A stretch of 64,000 bases of DNA from contig CAZECE010000042.1 in the NCBI GenBank assembly GCA_964510525.1, positions 73,272 through 137,271 on the forward strand, written 5' to 3'. Under the pieces are notes generated by a model, which ran no database searches, had not been told where the DNA came from, and saw only the letters and a program-made list of their open reading frames with translations. Shown here piece by piece: positions 24,417 to 34,465 of the stretch; positions within the stretch are counted from its first letter, which is position 1, and every line of letters begins with the position of its first letter. Made by a program: the position numbers and the translations under genes. This DNA is from an uncultured Pseudomonadales bacterium. GTDB taxonomy: Bacteria; Pseudomonadota; Gammaproteobacteria; Pseudomonadales; JANQJO01.

Positions 24417-25649
24417 ATGAAGAAACCAATGGCATTGGGGGGCTTGCTGGCGGGAGGTTTGACAATACTCTCTGTTTTTTATTACTCCGTTTTTTATTAT
24501 ATGAAAGGTGTTGATGTTCAAAGCCCACCGTTGCAAGAAAACGAGCTTCAATCTGAGTTTTCTATACCTGAGCTTCATGAGCCTGAATTTCATGAGCATG
24601 AGCTTCGTAAATCTGAGCCGCCTGAGCATCAAAGTGTGATCGAACCTTTAGCTGATCAAGAGGCTTTGGCTGAGCAAGAGGCTGTGAACGAGGTTGAACA
24701 TGATGGCTTTAAGGTTCAGCAGGCATTTGGACACACTTTGTCGCTGCCTGTTTCCGTCAGGTTACACTCTAAGTCAGTATTTTCATTGCAGGGGCATTAC
24801 GCAGGCTACTTGTCAGTAAGGCAATTACTGAGGGAGGGGGTCATGCCTCGGCTGGATCAGTTTGTTGCGGCCGATTTGGTGAATTATTTTGATTACCCTT
24901 ATGAAGCGCCGGACAGTGACAGGCAACCACTGCAGCCTTTAGTGGCCATTTTTCCTGCCCCATGGGATGATCAAGTTCGTGTTCTGTTTTTGGGTCTTAA
25001 AGCCTATGAGCTTGCTTTGCCAGAGAGTGATGCGTTAAATGATGCATTAGATGGCCCGAGGCTGGATGATCCGGTGGTTGCTCAACAGGCTCGTGCCGAG
25101 GTGCATTTTAACCCCGATGTGGTCTCCGCATTTCGGTTGTTGGGGCATTTGCCAATGGGCCCTGAGTTCTTTGATTCTGAGGTTGAAATGCTGGGTTGGG
25201 ATGTACCTTCAGGGCATGAAGTGACGGTTTTATATGAGTTAACACTCAATCAAAGTACGGCTAATTTGATTAATGATCTTCGTTATAATCAAGCGATTGA
25301 CCCAGAGCGTGTAAATTTGTCGGAGTTTGGTCAGTTGCACTTTTCTTATCAGCCTCCGAATGAGGTCAATGACACCTTGTTGAAACTGCATATTGATCAA
25401 GGTTATGTCTTTGATTCCATTGAAGCGGCGGGTAGGCAGGTGATGTTTGCGACCTCTGTCGCGATATTTGGTGAGCTGTTATCAGGTGGTATTGCTGTCG
25501 AAGGTTATGGCTATGAACAGGTGCAACAGTTGGCGGTTCGCGCGCTTGAGTTGAATCAATCTGCATGTCGTCAGGCTTTCTTGGGCTTATTGGAGAAAGC
25601 TAAGTCTTTGTCGAGTGTTAAGCCACAATCGTTGTCTTCGGAGGATTAG
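24417..25649 (+). CDS. membrane-anchored YfbK-like protein lacking a recognisable vWA core
   Basis: N-terminal TM helix and an acidic pentapeptide repeat. Next come '[17 protein letters not shown]' (vWA-associated N-terminal motif) and '[16 protein letters not shown]' (DUF3520-like). Too few residues separate these two motifs to hold a vWA domain. Confidence 0.55.
   Translation: MKKPMALGGLLAGGLTILSVFYYSVFYYMKGVDVQSPPLQENELQSEFSIPELHEPEFHEHELRKSEPPEHQSVIEPLADQEALAEQEAVNEVEHDGFKVQQAFGHTLSLPVSVRLHSKSVFSLQGHYAGYLSVRQLLREGVMPRLDQFVAADLVNYFDYPYEAPDSDRQPLQPLVAIFPAPWDDQVRVLFLGLKAYELALPESDALNDALDGPRLDDPVVAQQARAEVHFNPDVVSAFRLLGHLPMGPEFFDSEVEMLGWDVPSGHEVTVLYELTLNQSTANLINDLRYNQAIDPERVNLSEFGQLHFSYQPPNEVNDTLLKLHIDQGYVFDSIEAAGRQVMFATSVAIFGELLSGGIAVEGYGYEQVQQLAVRALELNQSACRQAFLGLLEKAKSLSSVKPQSLSSED
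24567..24626. repeat. 15-bp in-frame tandem repeat ([20 protein letters not shown])
   Basis: Four adjacent units: cctgagcttcatgag / cctgaatttcatgag / catgagcttcgtaaa / tctgagccgcctgag. Confidence 0.7.
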
Positions 25650-26737
25650 ACGTTAAAACGAAAGTGAATGACGTCACCGTCTTGAACAATGTATTCTTTG
25701 CCTTCCAGGCGCCACTTGCCTGCATCTTTGCAACCGGCTTCGCCCTTATGGGTAATGTAGTCATCATAAGCGATGGTTTCGGCTCGAATGAAGCCTTTTT
25801 CAAAATCAGTGTGAATGACACCGGCTGCTTGAGGGGCTGAAGCACCGGTTTTTATGGTCCAAGCACGTGCTTCTTTTTTGCCTGCCGTGAAATAGGTTTG
25901 CAATCCTAATAGGGCATAGCTTGCTCGGATGACTCGGTTCAGTCCAGGCTCGGTTAAGCCTAAGGCCTCTAGGAATTCCAGTTTGTCTTCGTCATCGAGC
26001 TCAGCGACTTCGGCTTCAATTTTTGCGCAAACGGGGATAACGCTCGAGCCTTCTGATTCGGCATGGGTTTTCACTGCGTTCAGTTTTGGGTTGGCCTCAA
26101 AGCCATCTTCAGCCACGTTGGCAACATAAAGCACAGGCTTTCGAGTTAGGAGCTGGTAGGGGTGGAGCAGTGTTTGTTCGTTGTCATCTAAATCAAGGCT
26201 GCGGACAGGCTTGCCTTCGTCTAAATGCTCGCTGACTTTGCTCAAAAGGGCCGCCAGTGCAATGGCCGTTTTATCACCTGATTTTGCTTGTTTTGTTTGC
26301 TTGGTCAGTGCTTTGCTAACGGTTTCCAGGTCGGCTAGGGCCAGTTCGGTTTGAATGGTGTCAATGTCTGCTAGTGGATCTACTTTGCCATTTACATGCA
26401 CAATATTGTCGTCTTCAAAGCAGCGTACGATGTGCATGATGGCATCTGTACTGCGAATGTTGGCTAGAAACTGATTGCCTAACCCCTCACCTTTGGAGGC
26501 GCCTTCGACTAAGCCGGCTATGTCGACAAATTCCATGGTTGTTGGAATTGTTTTTTCTGGCGTGACCAAATTGGCGATCGCATCCAGTCTGGGATCAGGA
26601 ACGGCTACCGTGCCTTGGTTGGGTTCAATGGTGCAAAATGGAAAATTTTCCGCGTCGATGCTGGCTCCGGTTAACGCATTATATAGGGTAGATTTTCCTA
26701 CGTTGGGTAAGCCAACCAGTCCGCATTGTATGGCCAT
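25646..26737 (-). CDS. ychF: redox-regulated ATPase YchF
   Basis: '[19 protein letters not shown]...[11 protein letters not shown]', near-identical to E. coli YchF. Confidence 0.97.
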   Translation of the reverse strand: MAIQCGLVGLPNVGKSTLYNALTGASIDAENFPFCTIEPNQGTVAVPDPRLDAIANLVTPEKTIPTTMEFVDIAGLVEGASKGEGLGNQFLANIRSTDAIMHIVRCFEDDNIVHVNGKVDPLADIDTIQTELALADLETVSKALTKQTKQAKSGDKTAIALAALLSKVSEHLDEGKPVRSLDLDDNEQTLLHPYQLLTRKPVLYVANVAEDGFEANPKLNAVKTHAESEGSSVIPVCAKIEAEVAELDDEDKLEFLEALGLTEPGLNRVIRASYALLGLQTYFTAGKKEARAWTIKTGASAPQAAGVIHTDFEKGFIRAETIAYDDYITHKGEAGCKDAGKWRLEGKEYIVQDGDVIHFRFNV

Positions 26738-26753
26738 TTCGAGCTCCTAGGTT

Positions 26754-27347
26754 CTAATCGGCAGTTGTTTTGGTGTGAAGTGTTTTCATTAATTTATCAA
26801 TATGGCCGCCTAATAATGCCTCGGTGTGAGGTAATAAGTTTTGAATGCCAGTCAGTAGCGTGGAGTGTTCCGTTTTACTGGGGCGACTGAGTACGTAGCT
26901 GTGGACTTTTTTTGAGTGGCCTGGGTGGCCGATGCCAATGCGAACGCGATGAAATTGTGCTGTTTGGCCGAGGCATTTAATGATGCTCTTCAAGCCATTG
27001 TGACCTGCGGTTCCACCACCACTTTTTAATTTTATTACCCCGCTGGGCAAATCCAGCTCATCATGCGCGACCAGTAAGCTGTCGACTGAGGTTTTATAGA
27101 ATTGCAATAACGCTTGAACGGCCATGCCGCTGTCGTTCATATAGGTGGTTGGCTTGGCTATCCAGAGCGGTTTGTCTTGCCAATGGCACTTGGCAACCTG
27201 TGCAGAGAGCTTTTTTTCTAAAGAAAAAGTCGCTCCCAATTGATCAGCTAATGCATCGACATACCAAAAGCCCGCGTTGTGGCGAGTTTGCTCGTATTCT
27301 GATCCAGGGTTACCCAGGCCAACCACTAGCTGAATTGGGTTAGACAT
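26754..27347 (-). CDS. pth: peptidyl-tRNA hydrolase
   Basis: 'LVVGLGNPGSEYEQTRHNAGF'. Confidence 0.97.
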   Translation of the reverse strand: MSNPIQLVVGLGNPGSEYEQTRHNAGFWYVDALADQLGATFSLEKKLSAQVAKCHWQDKPLWIAKPTTYMNDSGMAVQALLQFYKTSVDSLLVAHDELDLPSGVIKLKSGGGTAGHNGLKSIIKCLGQTAQFHRVRIGIGHPGHSKKVHSYVLSRPSKTEHSTLLTGIQNLLPHTEALLGGHIDKLMKTLHTKTTAD

Positions 27348-27359
27348 GGCTTTCTTGTG

Positions 27360-28004
27360 TTAGGAGGCTGCGGGTTCGCTATCACCACCTTCAGCTTCTG
27401 TGCTGGCCTCATCGTCAGATTCACCCTTAGGCGGTTTGACAAAAACAACGCTAAGGTTGTGATCTTCGCCATGGCTGAGTGCAAACGAGCTGACGCCTTC
27501 TGGTAGTGTCAGGTCTGTTAAGTGAATAATGTTACCAACATCAACGTCTGCCATGTCCAGGTCGATGACCTCAGGCAGGTTTTCGGGTAAGCACACGACT
27601 TCAATTTCGGTGAGTTGCTTAGAAATAAGGCCGCCTTTCAATTTGACGCCTATGCACTTGTCTTCATTTAAGAAATTGATTGGAACCAGCTTTCTAATGG
27701 GTTTGGACAGGTCGATGGCCAGAAAATCCGCGTGTAAGGGGGTTTCTTTAGCGGGGTGCCGTTGAATGTCTTTTAAAACGACTTTGATGACTTGGCCTTC
27801 TAGGTTGAGCTCGATGATTTTCGAATAAAAAGAACGGTTTTCCAGTTTTTTCTTAAGGTCTTTTAGTTCGGTTGTAATGGGCAACGGTTGTTGATTTGGG
27901 CCATAAATAACGCCTGGTACTTTCTCAAGTCGGCGCAGTCGGCGATTTGCTCCTGTTCCTGATTCGGTTCTTTTTACGCAGTTTAATGCCAGTGCGTTAC
28001 TCAT
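27360..28004 (-). CDS. rplY: 50S ribosomal protein L25 / general stress protein Ctc
   Basis: 'RRLRRLEKVPGVIYG', an acidic C-terminal tail, and the conserved position between prs and pth. Confidence 0.93.
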   Translation of the reverse strand: MSNALALNCVKRTESGTGANRRLRRLEKVPGVIYGPNQQPLPITTELKDLKKKLENRSFYSKIIELNLEGQVIKVVLKDIQRHPAKETPLHADFLAIDLSKPIRKLVPINFLNEDKCIGVKLKGGLISKQLTEIEVVCLPENLPEVIDLDMADVDVGNIIHLTDLTLPEGVSSFALSHGEDHNLSVVFVKPPKGESDDEASTEAEGGDSEPAAS

Positions 28005-28066
28005 GATGGTTTCCTTTTACTAGATACTCGAATTTAAAAAATATATCGGCTTGGTTCTACTTGTCT

Positions 28067-28100
28067 TAAGGTTCTTCGTGTCTTTAGGTTCTTCGTGTTT
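28067..28100. repeat. 17-bp tandem duplication in the prs-rplY intergenic region
   Basis: aggttcttcgtgt occurs at 28069-28081 and again at 28086-28098. Confidence 0.8.
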
Positions 28101-28143
28101 TTAGTTGTGTTCTTATCAATATGATGTTGTTCTCTTAGGGCGG

Positions 28144-29106
28144 TTAGATTACTGAGTAATCAGCTTCAAACATGGCGCTTAAAGATTCTTCGTTGTTGAT
28201 TCGGCGGACTGATTCAGCTAGCAGCGCCGATAAAGTAACCTGGCGGATTCTACTACACTTTTGGGCGGCTTGGGAGAGTGGAATGCTGTCAGTGACGACC
28301 AGCTCATCCAGCTCAGAGCTTTCAATGTTTTTGATTGCGTTGCCGGAGAGGACAGGGTGGGTGCAAAAAGCCAATACTTGTTTAGCGCCTTCTTGTTTTA
28401 AGGCGGTAGCGGCGTTGCACAGGGTGCCTGCGGTATCTACGATGTCATCCACTAGGATGCAAGCCCGGTTATTGACTTCACCAATGATGTTCATCACTTT
28501 GGATTCGTTGGCATGAGAGCGCCGTTTATCAATTATCGCCAGATCGCAGTCATTAAATTGTTTGGCAAATGCTCTGGCCCGAACCACGCCGCCGACATCA
28601 GGGGATACAATCACAGGATTTTCATAGTTGCATTTTTCAAGCTCTTGTAAGAGCACGGGGGTGCCATAAACGTTGTCGACAGGGATGTCGAAGAAGCCCT
28701 GTATTTGATCGGCGTGCAAATCAACGGTTAATACTCGATCAATTCCGACCGTCGTAATCATGTCAGCGACCACTTTAGCGCTGATCGGGACTCTGGCTGA
28801 GCGGACTCGTCGATCTTGTCTGGCGTATCCAAAATAAGGAATGACGGCCGTGATGCGGCCTGCTGAGGCGCGTCGCAGCGCGTCTGCCATTACGAGGAGT
28901 TCCATTAGATTGTCGTTGGTTGGGGCGCAGGTGCTTTGAACGAGAAAGACATCATTGCCGCGGACATTGTCGATAATCTCGACGGTGGTTTCTCCGTCGC
29001 TGAACTGGCCAACATTGGCTTTTCCCATCGGGATATGTAGATAGTGGGCAATCTTTTTGGTCAGCTCTGGGTTGGCGTTACCTGTGAAGACCACCAGCTT
29101 AGTCAT
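28144..29106 (-). CDS. prs: ribose-phosphate diphosphokinase (canonical PRPP synthetase)
   Basis: '[11 protein letters not shown]', '[11 protein letters not shown]', '[11 protein letters not shown]' and '[12 protein letters not shown]'. Confidence 0.97.
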   Translation of the reverse strand: MTKLVVFTGNANPELTKKIAHYLHIPMGKANVGQFSDGETTVEIIDNVRGNDVFLVQSTCAPTNDNLMELLVMADALRRASAGRITAVIPYFGYARQDRRVRSARVPISAKVVADMITTVGIDRVLTVDLHADQIQGFFDIPVDNVYGTPVLLQELEKCNYENPVIVSPDVGGVVRARAFAKQFNDCDLAIIDKRRSHANESKVMNIIGEVNNRACILVDDIVDTAGTLCNAATALKQEGAKQVLAFCTHPVLSGNAIKNIESSELDELVVTDSIPLSQAAQKCSRIRQVTLSALLAESVRRINNEESLSAMFEADYSVI

Positions 29107-29136
29107 CGAGTGCTCCGTTATTTGGAATTAGGAATT

Positions 29137-29211
29137 TGGCTGGGCCGGTAGGATTCGAACCTACGCATGGCGGGATCAAAACCCGCTGCCTTACCACTTG
29201 GCTACGGCCCA
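29137..29211 (-). tRNA. tRNA-Gln (anticodon UUG)
   Basis: The reverse complement TGGGCCGTAGCCAAGTGGTAAGGCAGCGGGTTTTGATCCCGCCATGCGTAGGTTCGAATCCTACCGGCCCAGCCA folds as a cloverleaf with anticodon loop TTTTGAT. Confidence 0.93.
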
Positions 29212-29242
29212 ATTATTCCAAAACTTAATAACGCTGCCGGGT

Positions 29243-30088
29243 TTATATTAGCCCAAGGCGTTTGTGGAGCGGTGAGTGATCAAGGCTTTTGGTTATAAAA
29301 CCTTGCCAATCCAGTGGTAATTTATTGTAGGCGCTTTGGGCATTTGTTGCATCTTTAAATGCAACAAAGCAACTGGAGCCTGTGCCACTCATTTTTGCTT
29401 CACCAAACTGCTTTAGCCAGTTTAATGCTGTTTCGATCGCAGGGTATTGTTTTACCGCAACCGGTGTACAGTCATTTTCAGCTTGCCCGTTTTGGAAGGC
29501 CGATAATGTAATAGGCTGCTGATCTCGTGTCAATTCTTTTGCGCTAAACACGCGTTTTGTGCAGCTGTGACATTGAGGGTAAACCACCAAAAACCACTGA
29601 TTAGGCAGTGGGATGGGGGTAAGTTGATCGCCTATGCCTTCAGCCCAAGCGCTTCGGCCGTTAATAAAAACAGGTACATCGGCACCAATTTCAGCACCGA
29701 TGTCTTGTAAATGGGGTAGGCTGAGCTTTGCTCCCCAAAGCTGGTTAAGAGCTAATAGCGTGGTGGCTGCATCGGAAGAGCCGCCACCGAGCCCGGCCCC
29801 TTGGGGGATGCGTTTGTCGATGGCAATGGAAACGCCTAGCGAGTGATTTGGGCTTAAATAGCGTTGTAAGTGTTTGGCTGCTTTAAAAACAATGTTGTCG
29901 GTTTCAATAATGCCTGGGCAGTTGACTTGGATTAAGCCGTCTTGGGTGGCTTGAAAGGTCAATAGATCGCAAAGGTCTATCAGTTGAAACACGGTTTGCA
30001 GGTTGTGATACCCGCTGGGCTGTCGATTCAATACCCTTAAAAATAGGTTGAGCTTTGCGGGGGCGGGCAGTTGCAGTGTATTCATCAT
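29243..30088 (-). CDS. ispE: 4-diphosphocytidyl-2-C-methyl-D-erythritol kinase
   Basis: 'PAPAKLNLFLRV' and GHMP kinase motif 'IPQGAGLGGGSSDAA'. Confidence 0.95.
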   Translation of the reverse strand: MMNTLQLPAPAKLNLFLRVLNRQPSGYHNLQTVFQLIDLCDLLTFQATQDGLIQVNCPGIIETDNIVFKAAKHLQRYLSPNHSLGVSIAIDKRIPQGAGLGGGSSDAATTLLALNQLWGAKLSLPHLQDIGAEIGADVPVFINGRSAWAEGIGDQLTPIPLPNQWFLVVYPQCHSCTKRVFSAKELTRDQQPITLSAFQNGQAENDCTPVAVKQYPAIETALNWLKQFGEAKMSGTGSSCFVAFKDATNAQSAYNKLPLDWQGFITKSLDHSPLHKRLGLI

Positions 30089-30157
30089 CGATGTGATTAG
30101 TTGGTAGCGGGAATTGTTGTCGAAGATGGTAACGCGAAACTGGTTGATTATGAAACA

Positions 30158-31336
30158 CTATCTGAGTGAAGCGTGATTTTCTTCAAGCCAAGCTTGAATG
30201 GGTTGGACGATGGTTTGGTGGCGCCAACCAGTGAGGTGTTTGGGCCAGTCATTGATTGAGGTGTCAGGGTGAGTGATCGTGACCCTGAGTAAATCGTTAA
30301 TAAAACGTTTGCCCATCAAAAATTCGGGCTGAATACCGAGTTGCGTGGCTTTATCTTGAATCAGCTTTTTGATTGGTTTGAGCAGTTCTTGGTGCTGTTT
30401 CGCGAGTGGGCTTTTGACTGGTAGCCTTGTTTTTTCTGATTCACCTGTTTTTTGGGGGGGCTCAATCAGTGTTGACCACTCATCTTGGTAGCGCTTTATT
30501 TTTCTTGGTGACAGGCTTTTGAGTTTTGCCAATTGGTTGGATGTGGCTGAGTTGAGTTGGGCAAGGTCAAACAAAGCTTCGTCATCGAGGACACGCTTTC
30601 TGGGCCTGTTTTCTTGTTGTGCGGTTTGTTCACGCCAAATGCACAGTGTTTTCAAGGTGTTGAGCTTGTCAGGTGGCAGTCGCCAATGTTGGCGTACTTT
30701 CATGTATGTTAGTTCTGCGGAGAGGCCATCTGTGATGCGTTGTTGTAGGTAGCCTTGTTCTTCGACGAGCCAGTGGTTTCGTTGGGCTTGGTCGATTAGC
30801 TGTTTAAAGTGATGATACATAGGTAATAGGTAACACACATCCAGGGCGGCGTAAGCGCACTGATCTGCTGTTAAGGGGCGGTGTTGCCAGTTGGAGCAGG
30901 TCTGTTCACTGTTTAAGTCGGTATCAAAGAGTGATTTGACTAGGTTGGCGTATCCGACTTGACTCTGTCCGCCGATGCAGGTGTTGGCAAGCTGGGTATC
31001 AAATACAGGGGTGATGTGAGTGCCTATGAGGTGATAAAAAATCTCCAAGTCTTCGCTGCCTGCGTGTAACACCTTGATGATGTGGGGGGTGGCAAGGAGT
31101 TCAAGTAACGGGCTGAGGTCTTTAATGGCTAACGGGTCAATTAAGCACGGTGTTTCATTATCTGGCCAGGTGATTTGAATCAAAGCCAAAATGGGATAAT
31201 AAGTGTCCCGCCGGATAAACTCCGTATCCAGGGCAAGTAAGTTGTGTTTGGCGGCTTGTTGGCAAGCGGCTTCTAATGCTTGTGAATTATCGATCAGTTG
31301 ATAGTGGGTTGATGGGGGTGTGTCTTGATTCGTCAC
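30158..31336 (-). CDS. rnd: ribonuclease D
   Basis: DEDD exonuclease motifs 'LALDTEF' and 'KVLHAGSEDLEIF', 'YAALDVCYL', and an HRDC region. Confidence 0.9.
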   Translation of the reverse strand: MTNQDTPPSTHYQLIDNSQALEAACQQAAKHNLLALDTEFIRRDTYYPILALIQITWPDNETPCLIDPLAIKDLSPLLELLATPHIIKVLHAGSEDLEIFYHLIGTHITPVFDTQLANTCIGGQSQVGYANLVKSLFDTDLNSEQTCSNWQHRPLTADQCAYAALDVCYLLPMYHHFKQLIDQAQRNHWLVEEQGYLQQRITDGLSAELTYMKVRQHWRLPPDKLNTLKTLCIWREQTAQQENRPRKRVLDDEALFDLAQLNSATSNQLAKLKSLSPRKIKRYQDEWSTLIEPPQKTGESEKTRLPVKSPLAKQHQELLKPIKKLIQDKATQLGIQPEFLMGKRFINDLLRVTITHPDTSINDWPKHLTGWRHQTIVQPIQAWLEENHASLR

Positions 31337-31340
31337 AGTT

Positions 31341-31955
31341 TTAGGCGCCGTTGGTAATCAGTTTTCGATCGGCTAGGGCGTAGGCCAGAGTGTTGCTGCT
31401 GGTCATTTCGAGCTCTCCACCAACGGGTATGCCGTGGGCAATGCGAGAGACCTGGGTGTGCGGGCTAAATTGACCCAGTAGCTCTGTAATATAGTGGGCT
31501 GTTGCTTCGCCTTCAATGGTGGCGTTGGTGGCTAAAATAACCTCTTCGATGTTTCGCATGTTTAAGAGTTCGCGCAGGGTTTCGATGCCGAGTGCCTCTG
31601 GCCCTATGCCGTCGAGGGGGGAGATGCGCCCATGGAGTACGAAGTAATAGCCATTGAAGTTGTTGGCCGTTTCGATTGCCATGACGTCCAAGGCATTTTC
31701 AACGATGCACAGCAGTCCGCTTTCGCGGTTGGGGTCGCTGCAGATTCTGCAAACAGGCTCTTCTGTGTAATTGCGGCAATTGGTGCACAGGTCAATTTGT
31801 TTCATGGCATCTTCGAGTGCATCGGACAGGATCAGACCGCGGGTGCGGTCTTTGCTGAGTAAATGCAGCGCCATGCGTTGTGCTGATTTTTGGCCAATAC
31901 CGGGTAGGCATTGTAGCGCTTTGATGAGTTGCTCGAGTAGCGGGCTGAGTTTCAC
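31341..31955 (-). CDS. recR: recombination protein RecR
   Basis: 'LPGIGQKSAQRMALHLL', a C4 zinc finger and a Toprim region. Confidence 0.96.
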   Translation of the reverse strand: MKLSPLLEQLIKALQCLPGIGQKSAQRMALHLLSKDRTRGLILSDALEDAMKQIDLCTNCRNYTEEPVCRICSDPNRESGLLCIVENALDVMAIETANNFNGYYFVLHGRISPLDGIGPEALGIETLRELLNMRNIEEVILATNATIEGEATAHYITELLGQFSPHTQVSRIAHGIPVGGELEMTSSNTLAYALADRKLITNGA

Positions 31956-31972
31956 GGATAGAGTGTTGAGGG

Positions 31973-32293
31973 TTATTTAAAGCCCATGATTTTATCAAGG
32001 TCTAAGCCGGCCGTTAAGTTGGCTAGGTTGCTTTGATTGTGGTTTTTGGATTTTTCATGCGCGTCATTGATGGCTGAAACCAGTAAATCTTGCAGTACGG
32101 TTTTCTTCTCTTGAAAAAGTGCGTCATCAATGTCGATGGAGAGTGCCTGGTTGTGGCCATTTATGGTGATTTTGACCATGCCCGCGCCGGCTTCACCAGT
32201 AAAAAAGACTTTATCTAGGTTTTGTTGCTTTTCGGAAATTTTAGATTGCAGGGCTTTGGCTTGTTCCAGGATTTGGTTTAGGGTGTTGCTCAT
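31973..32293 (-). CDS. ybaB: nucleoid-associated protein YbaB/EbfC
   Basis: 106 aa with 'FTGEAGAGMVKITINGHNQ', located between dnaX and recR. Confidence 0.93.
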   Translation of the reverse strand: MSNTLNQILEQAKALQSKISEKQQNLDKVFFTGEAGAGMVKITINGHNQALSIDIDDALFQEKKTVLQDLLVSAINDAHEKSKNHNQSNLANLTAGLDLDKIMGFK

Positions 32294-32327
32294 GTTTTGG
32301 TCCTGAGTATGAATTATGTGTTGTTAA

Positions 32328-32359
32328 GAGTTTGTGTAGTTAAGAATTTGTGTAGTTAA
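32328..32359. repeat. 16-bp tandem duplication spanning the dnaX stop codon
   Basis: gagtttgtgtagttaa (32328-32343) and gaatttgtgtagttaa (32344-32359). A third degenerate copy lies just upstream at ~32312. Confidence 0.8.
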
Positions 32360-34095
32360 ATCGGGGTGATCGAGTTTGGCTTGATCATGGCTCCCATTTT
32401 TGTTTTTAGATCCTGAATGGTTGGATCGCCTTCAATGGCTGCGGTGGCTGATTCTAAGTCTTTTTTGGCGGTGTTTTCCAGGTTTTGTTGTGGTGATATG
32501 GTATCTGATTGGCCTATTTGGATGCTCACTTTCAGATGGGGGTTTAGATGTTGTTGCAGAGCTTGAGTGAGTTGTTGTTCGCTGTTCGATGTTTTTAAGG
32601 CTTCACGATCTGGGGTGAGATTAAGGCAGAGTGTGTTGTCTTGAAAGCTCAGTAAGCTGCAGTTTTTGGCCAGATTGAGTGTGCTTTTGGAGAGTTGTAA
32701 TTGATCGGTGGTGGTGTCCCAGTTTAACTCAGCGGGTGTTTTGGCTTTATTAAGGGTGTTGGATTTACTATTAAGGGTGTTGGGTTCACTGGGTGCGTTG
32801 GCATTTAGTGGGGTTTGTTTGTGAGCTGGTAGCTCATTGAGTGGTTCGTTTTGTATGGGGGGCTGTGCCGGGGCTGGTGTGGGTGATTGTATGGATTGTG
32901 GTTTGGGTGTTGGCTGTGGTGCGTTAGAGGGCGATTGCGGTATAGCTGGAGTTTCAGTGGGGGGTTCATGAGCAGGGCTGCTTGTAGCAAGGTGTTCAGC
33001 CAGGTAACCGTCCATTGTCAGCAAACGCAGAACCAGCATTTCAAAGCCTTCACGAAGGTTCGGGTGCAGTGTCAGGTCTCGGTGGCCTAAAATTACCAGC
33101 TGGTAATACAGCTGAATGTCTTCTTTGGTGAATTGTTTGGCCCATTCGGCGATGTTTGGATTGTCTGTGGGAACAGCTTGGGTGTCGGGTGGCAACCACT
33201 GATGTAGGGCAATTGTGTGTAAGGCGCTGGCTAATGCTTTGGTGGTTTCAACAAAGTCGGCACCCAGTTGCGCCAGTTTTTCGATGGCTTGGAAGGCTTG
33301 GCTTGGCGACTGGGCCAGTAAAGCATTGATCAGGCCTGAGACCTTGTCTTGGCTGACAGTCCCCAGCATGCTTTCAATGACGTCGAGTGTGATGTTGCCG
33401 TTGGTCAGTGCAATGGCTTGATCGGCCAGGCTTAAGGTGTCTCGGACGCTGCCGTTACCGGCATTGGCAATTAATTGTAGGGCGTTGGTTTCAAAGGTGA
33501 TGTTTTCAGCGTTCAGCACCTTGCTGAGGTGTTCGGTCAGCATGTGAGCTGATACGGCTCTCAAGGTGAATTGCAAGCAGCGGGAGAGTACGGTGATAGG
33601 CAGTTTTTGTGGGTCTGTAGTCGCTAATAAGAACGTTAGGTGCGCAGGCGGTTCTTCTAGTGTTTTCAGCAAGGCATTAAAGCTATGCGTGGAGAGCATG
33701 TGTACTTCGTCAATGAGGTAAATTTTGATCTTGCCTTTGACGGGTGGGTATTGTGCGCTTTCTAAGAGTTCTTTGGTGTCTTCGACTTTGGTGCGTGAAG
33801 CGGCGTCGACTTCTATTAGATCTACGAAGTTGCCAGCGTTGATTTCTTGGCAGGTTTTGCATTGTTCGCAAGGGGTTGGGCTGGCGCCTTGCTCGCAGTT
33901 TAGGCACTTGGCAAGTATTCGCGCTAGGGTGGTCTTCCCGACGCCACGGGTTCCGGTAAATAAATAGGCTTGATGCAGTCGGTTTTGCTCGATGGCGTTG
34001 CTGAGTGCGGCAACCACGTGAGGTTGGCCGATAACGTCAGCGAAGGTTTTTGGGCGCCATTTTCGGGCTAAGACGTGATGCGACATTGAAGACAA
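32356..34095 (-). CDS. dnaX: DNA polymerase III subunit gamma/tau
   Basis: 'LARKWRPKTFADVIGQ', 'GTRGVGKTT', a zinc module, and a Pro/Gln-rich linker. Confidence 0.95.
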   Translation of the reverse strand: MSSMSHHVLARKWRPKTFADVIGQPHVVAALSNAIEQNRLHQAYLFTGTRGVGKTTLARILAKCLNCEQGASPTPCEQCKTCQEINAGNFVDLIEVDAASRTKVEDTKELLESAQYPPVKGKIKIYLIDEVHMLSTHSFNALLKTLEEPPAHLTFLLATTDPQKLPITVLSRCLQFTLRAVSAHMLTEHLSKVLNAENITFETNALQLIANAGNGSVRDTLSLADQAIALTNGNITLDVIESMLGTVSQDKVSGLINALLAQSPSQAFQAIEKLAQLGADFVETTKALASALHTIALHQWLPPDTQAVPTDNPNIAEWAKQFTKEDIQLYYQLVILGHRDLTLHPNLREGFEMLVLRLLTMDGYLAEHLATSSPAHEPPTETPAIPQSPSNAPQPTPKPQSIQSPTPAPAQPPIQNEPLNELPAHKQTPLNANAPSEPNTLNSKSNTLNKAKTPAELNWDTTTDQLQLSKSTLNLAKNCSLLSFQDNTLCLNLTPDREALKTSNSEQQLTQALQQHLNPHLKVSIQIGQSDTISPQQNLENTAKKDLESATAAIEGDPTIQDLKTKMGAMIKPNSITPI

Positions 34096-34105
34096 TCAGA
34101 TAACT

Positions 34106-34217
34106 GGTGGCGGCTTCACCAGCTTAACCCTGCACACGCTTAATCTGTTACCGTTGCTCCCTTCCGGGCCTGGCGGGGTTGGCAGGCAAGCGTTGCAGTG
34201 GGACCAATGAAACCACC
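34106..34217 (-). ncRNA. ffs: signal recognition particle 4.5S RNA
   Basis: The minus strand contains CCAGGCCCGGAAGGGAGCAACGGTAACAG (compare E. coli CCAGGUCCGGAAGGAAGCAGCCAAGGCAG). The ends GGTGG... / ...GCCGCCACC can pair. It lies directly upstream of dnaX. Ends are approximate. Confidence 0.85.
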
Positions 34218-34427
34218 TCAACTTGGACGATTAGTTTCGCTCAATTTACATGTTTGTTCAAACACTTCCTTGCAGAAATGCTTGCGGGTGCAGAGTGAGG
34301 CTGTTATTGGGTGGCTGGTATGTTGGGTGTCAGATTTTTTTACGGTTACTTTTGATTTTTTGTGGTGTTGTTTGTAAGTGCCTGTAATAAATGCTTTTTT
34401 TAATGTGGCATAAATTTTGTATATGAG

Positions 34428-34465
34428 TTTTGTGTTTGTGTTTGTGTTCGTGCTTTTGCTTTTTT
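34428..34465. repeat. TTTGTG-type hexanucleotide microsatellite upstream of the PEP-CTERM gene
   Basis: tttgtg x3, then ttcgtg, cttttg, cttttt, located 50-90 nt upstream of the start codon in a ~300-bp AT-rich spacer. Confidence 0.7.

Noticed and set aside
32455-32475. An A-rich run (GCC AAA AAA GAC on the coding strand) in dnaX, considered as a possible programmed -1 frameshift site for gamma-subunit production.
   Set aside because: The heptamer is in the wrong phase relative to the E. coli A AAA AAG site. It lies only ~25 codons from the C-terminus, so it could not produce a gamma-like truncated product. I saw no other AAAAAAG in the gene.
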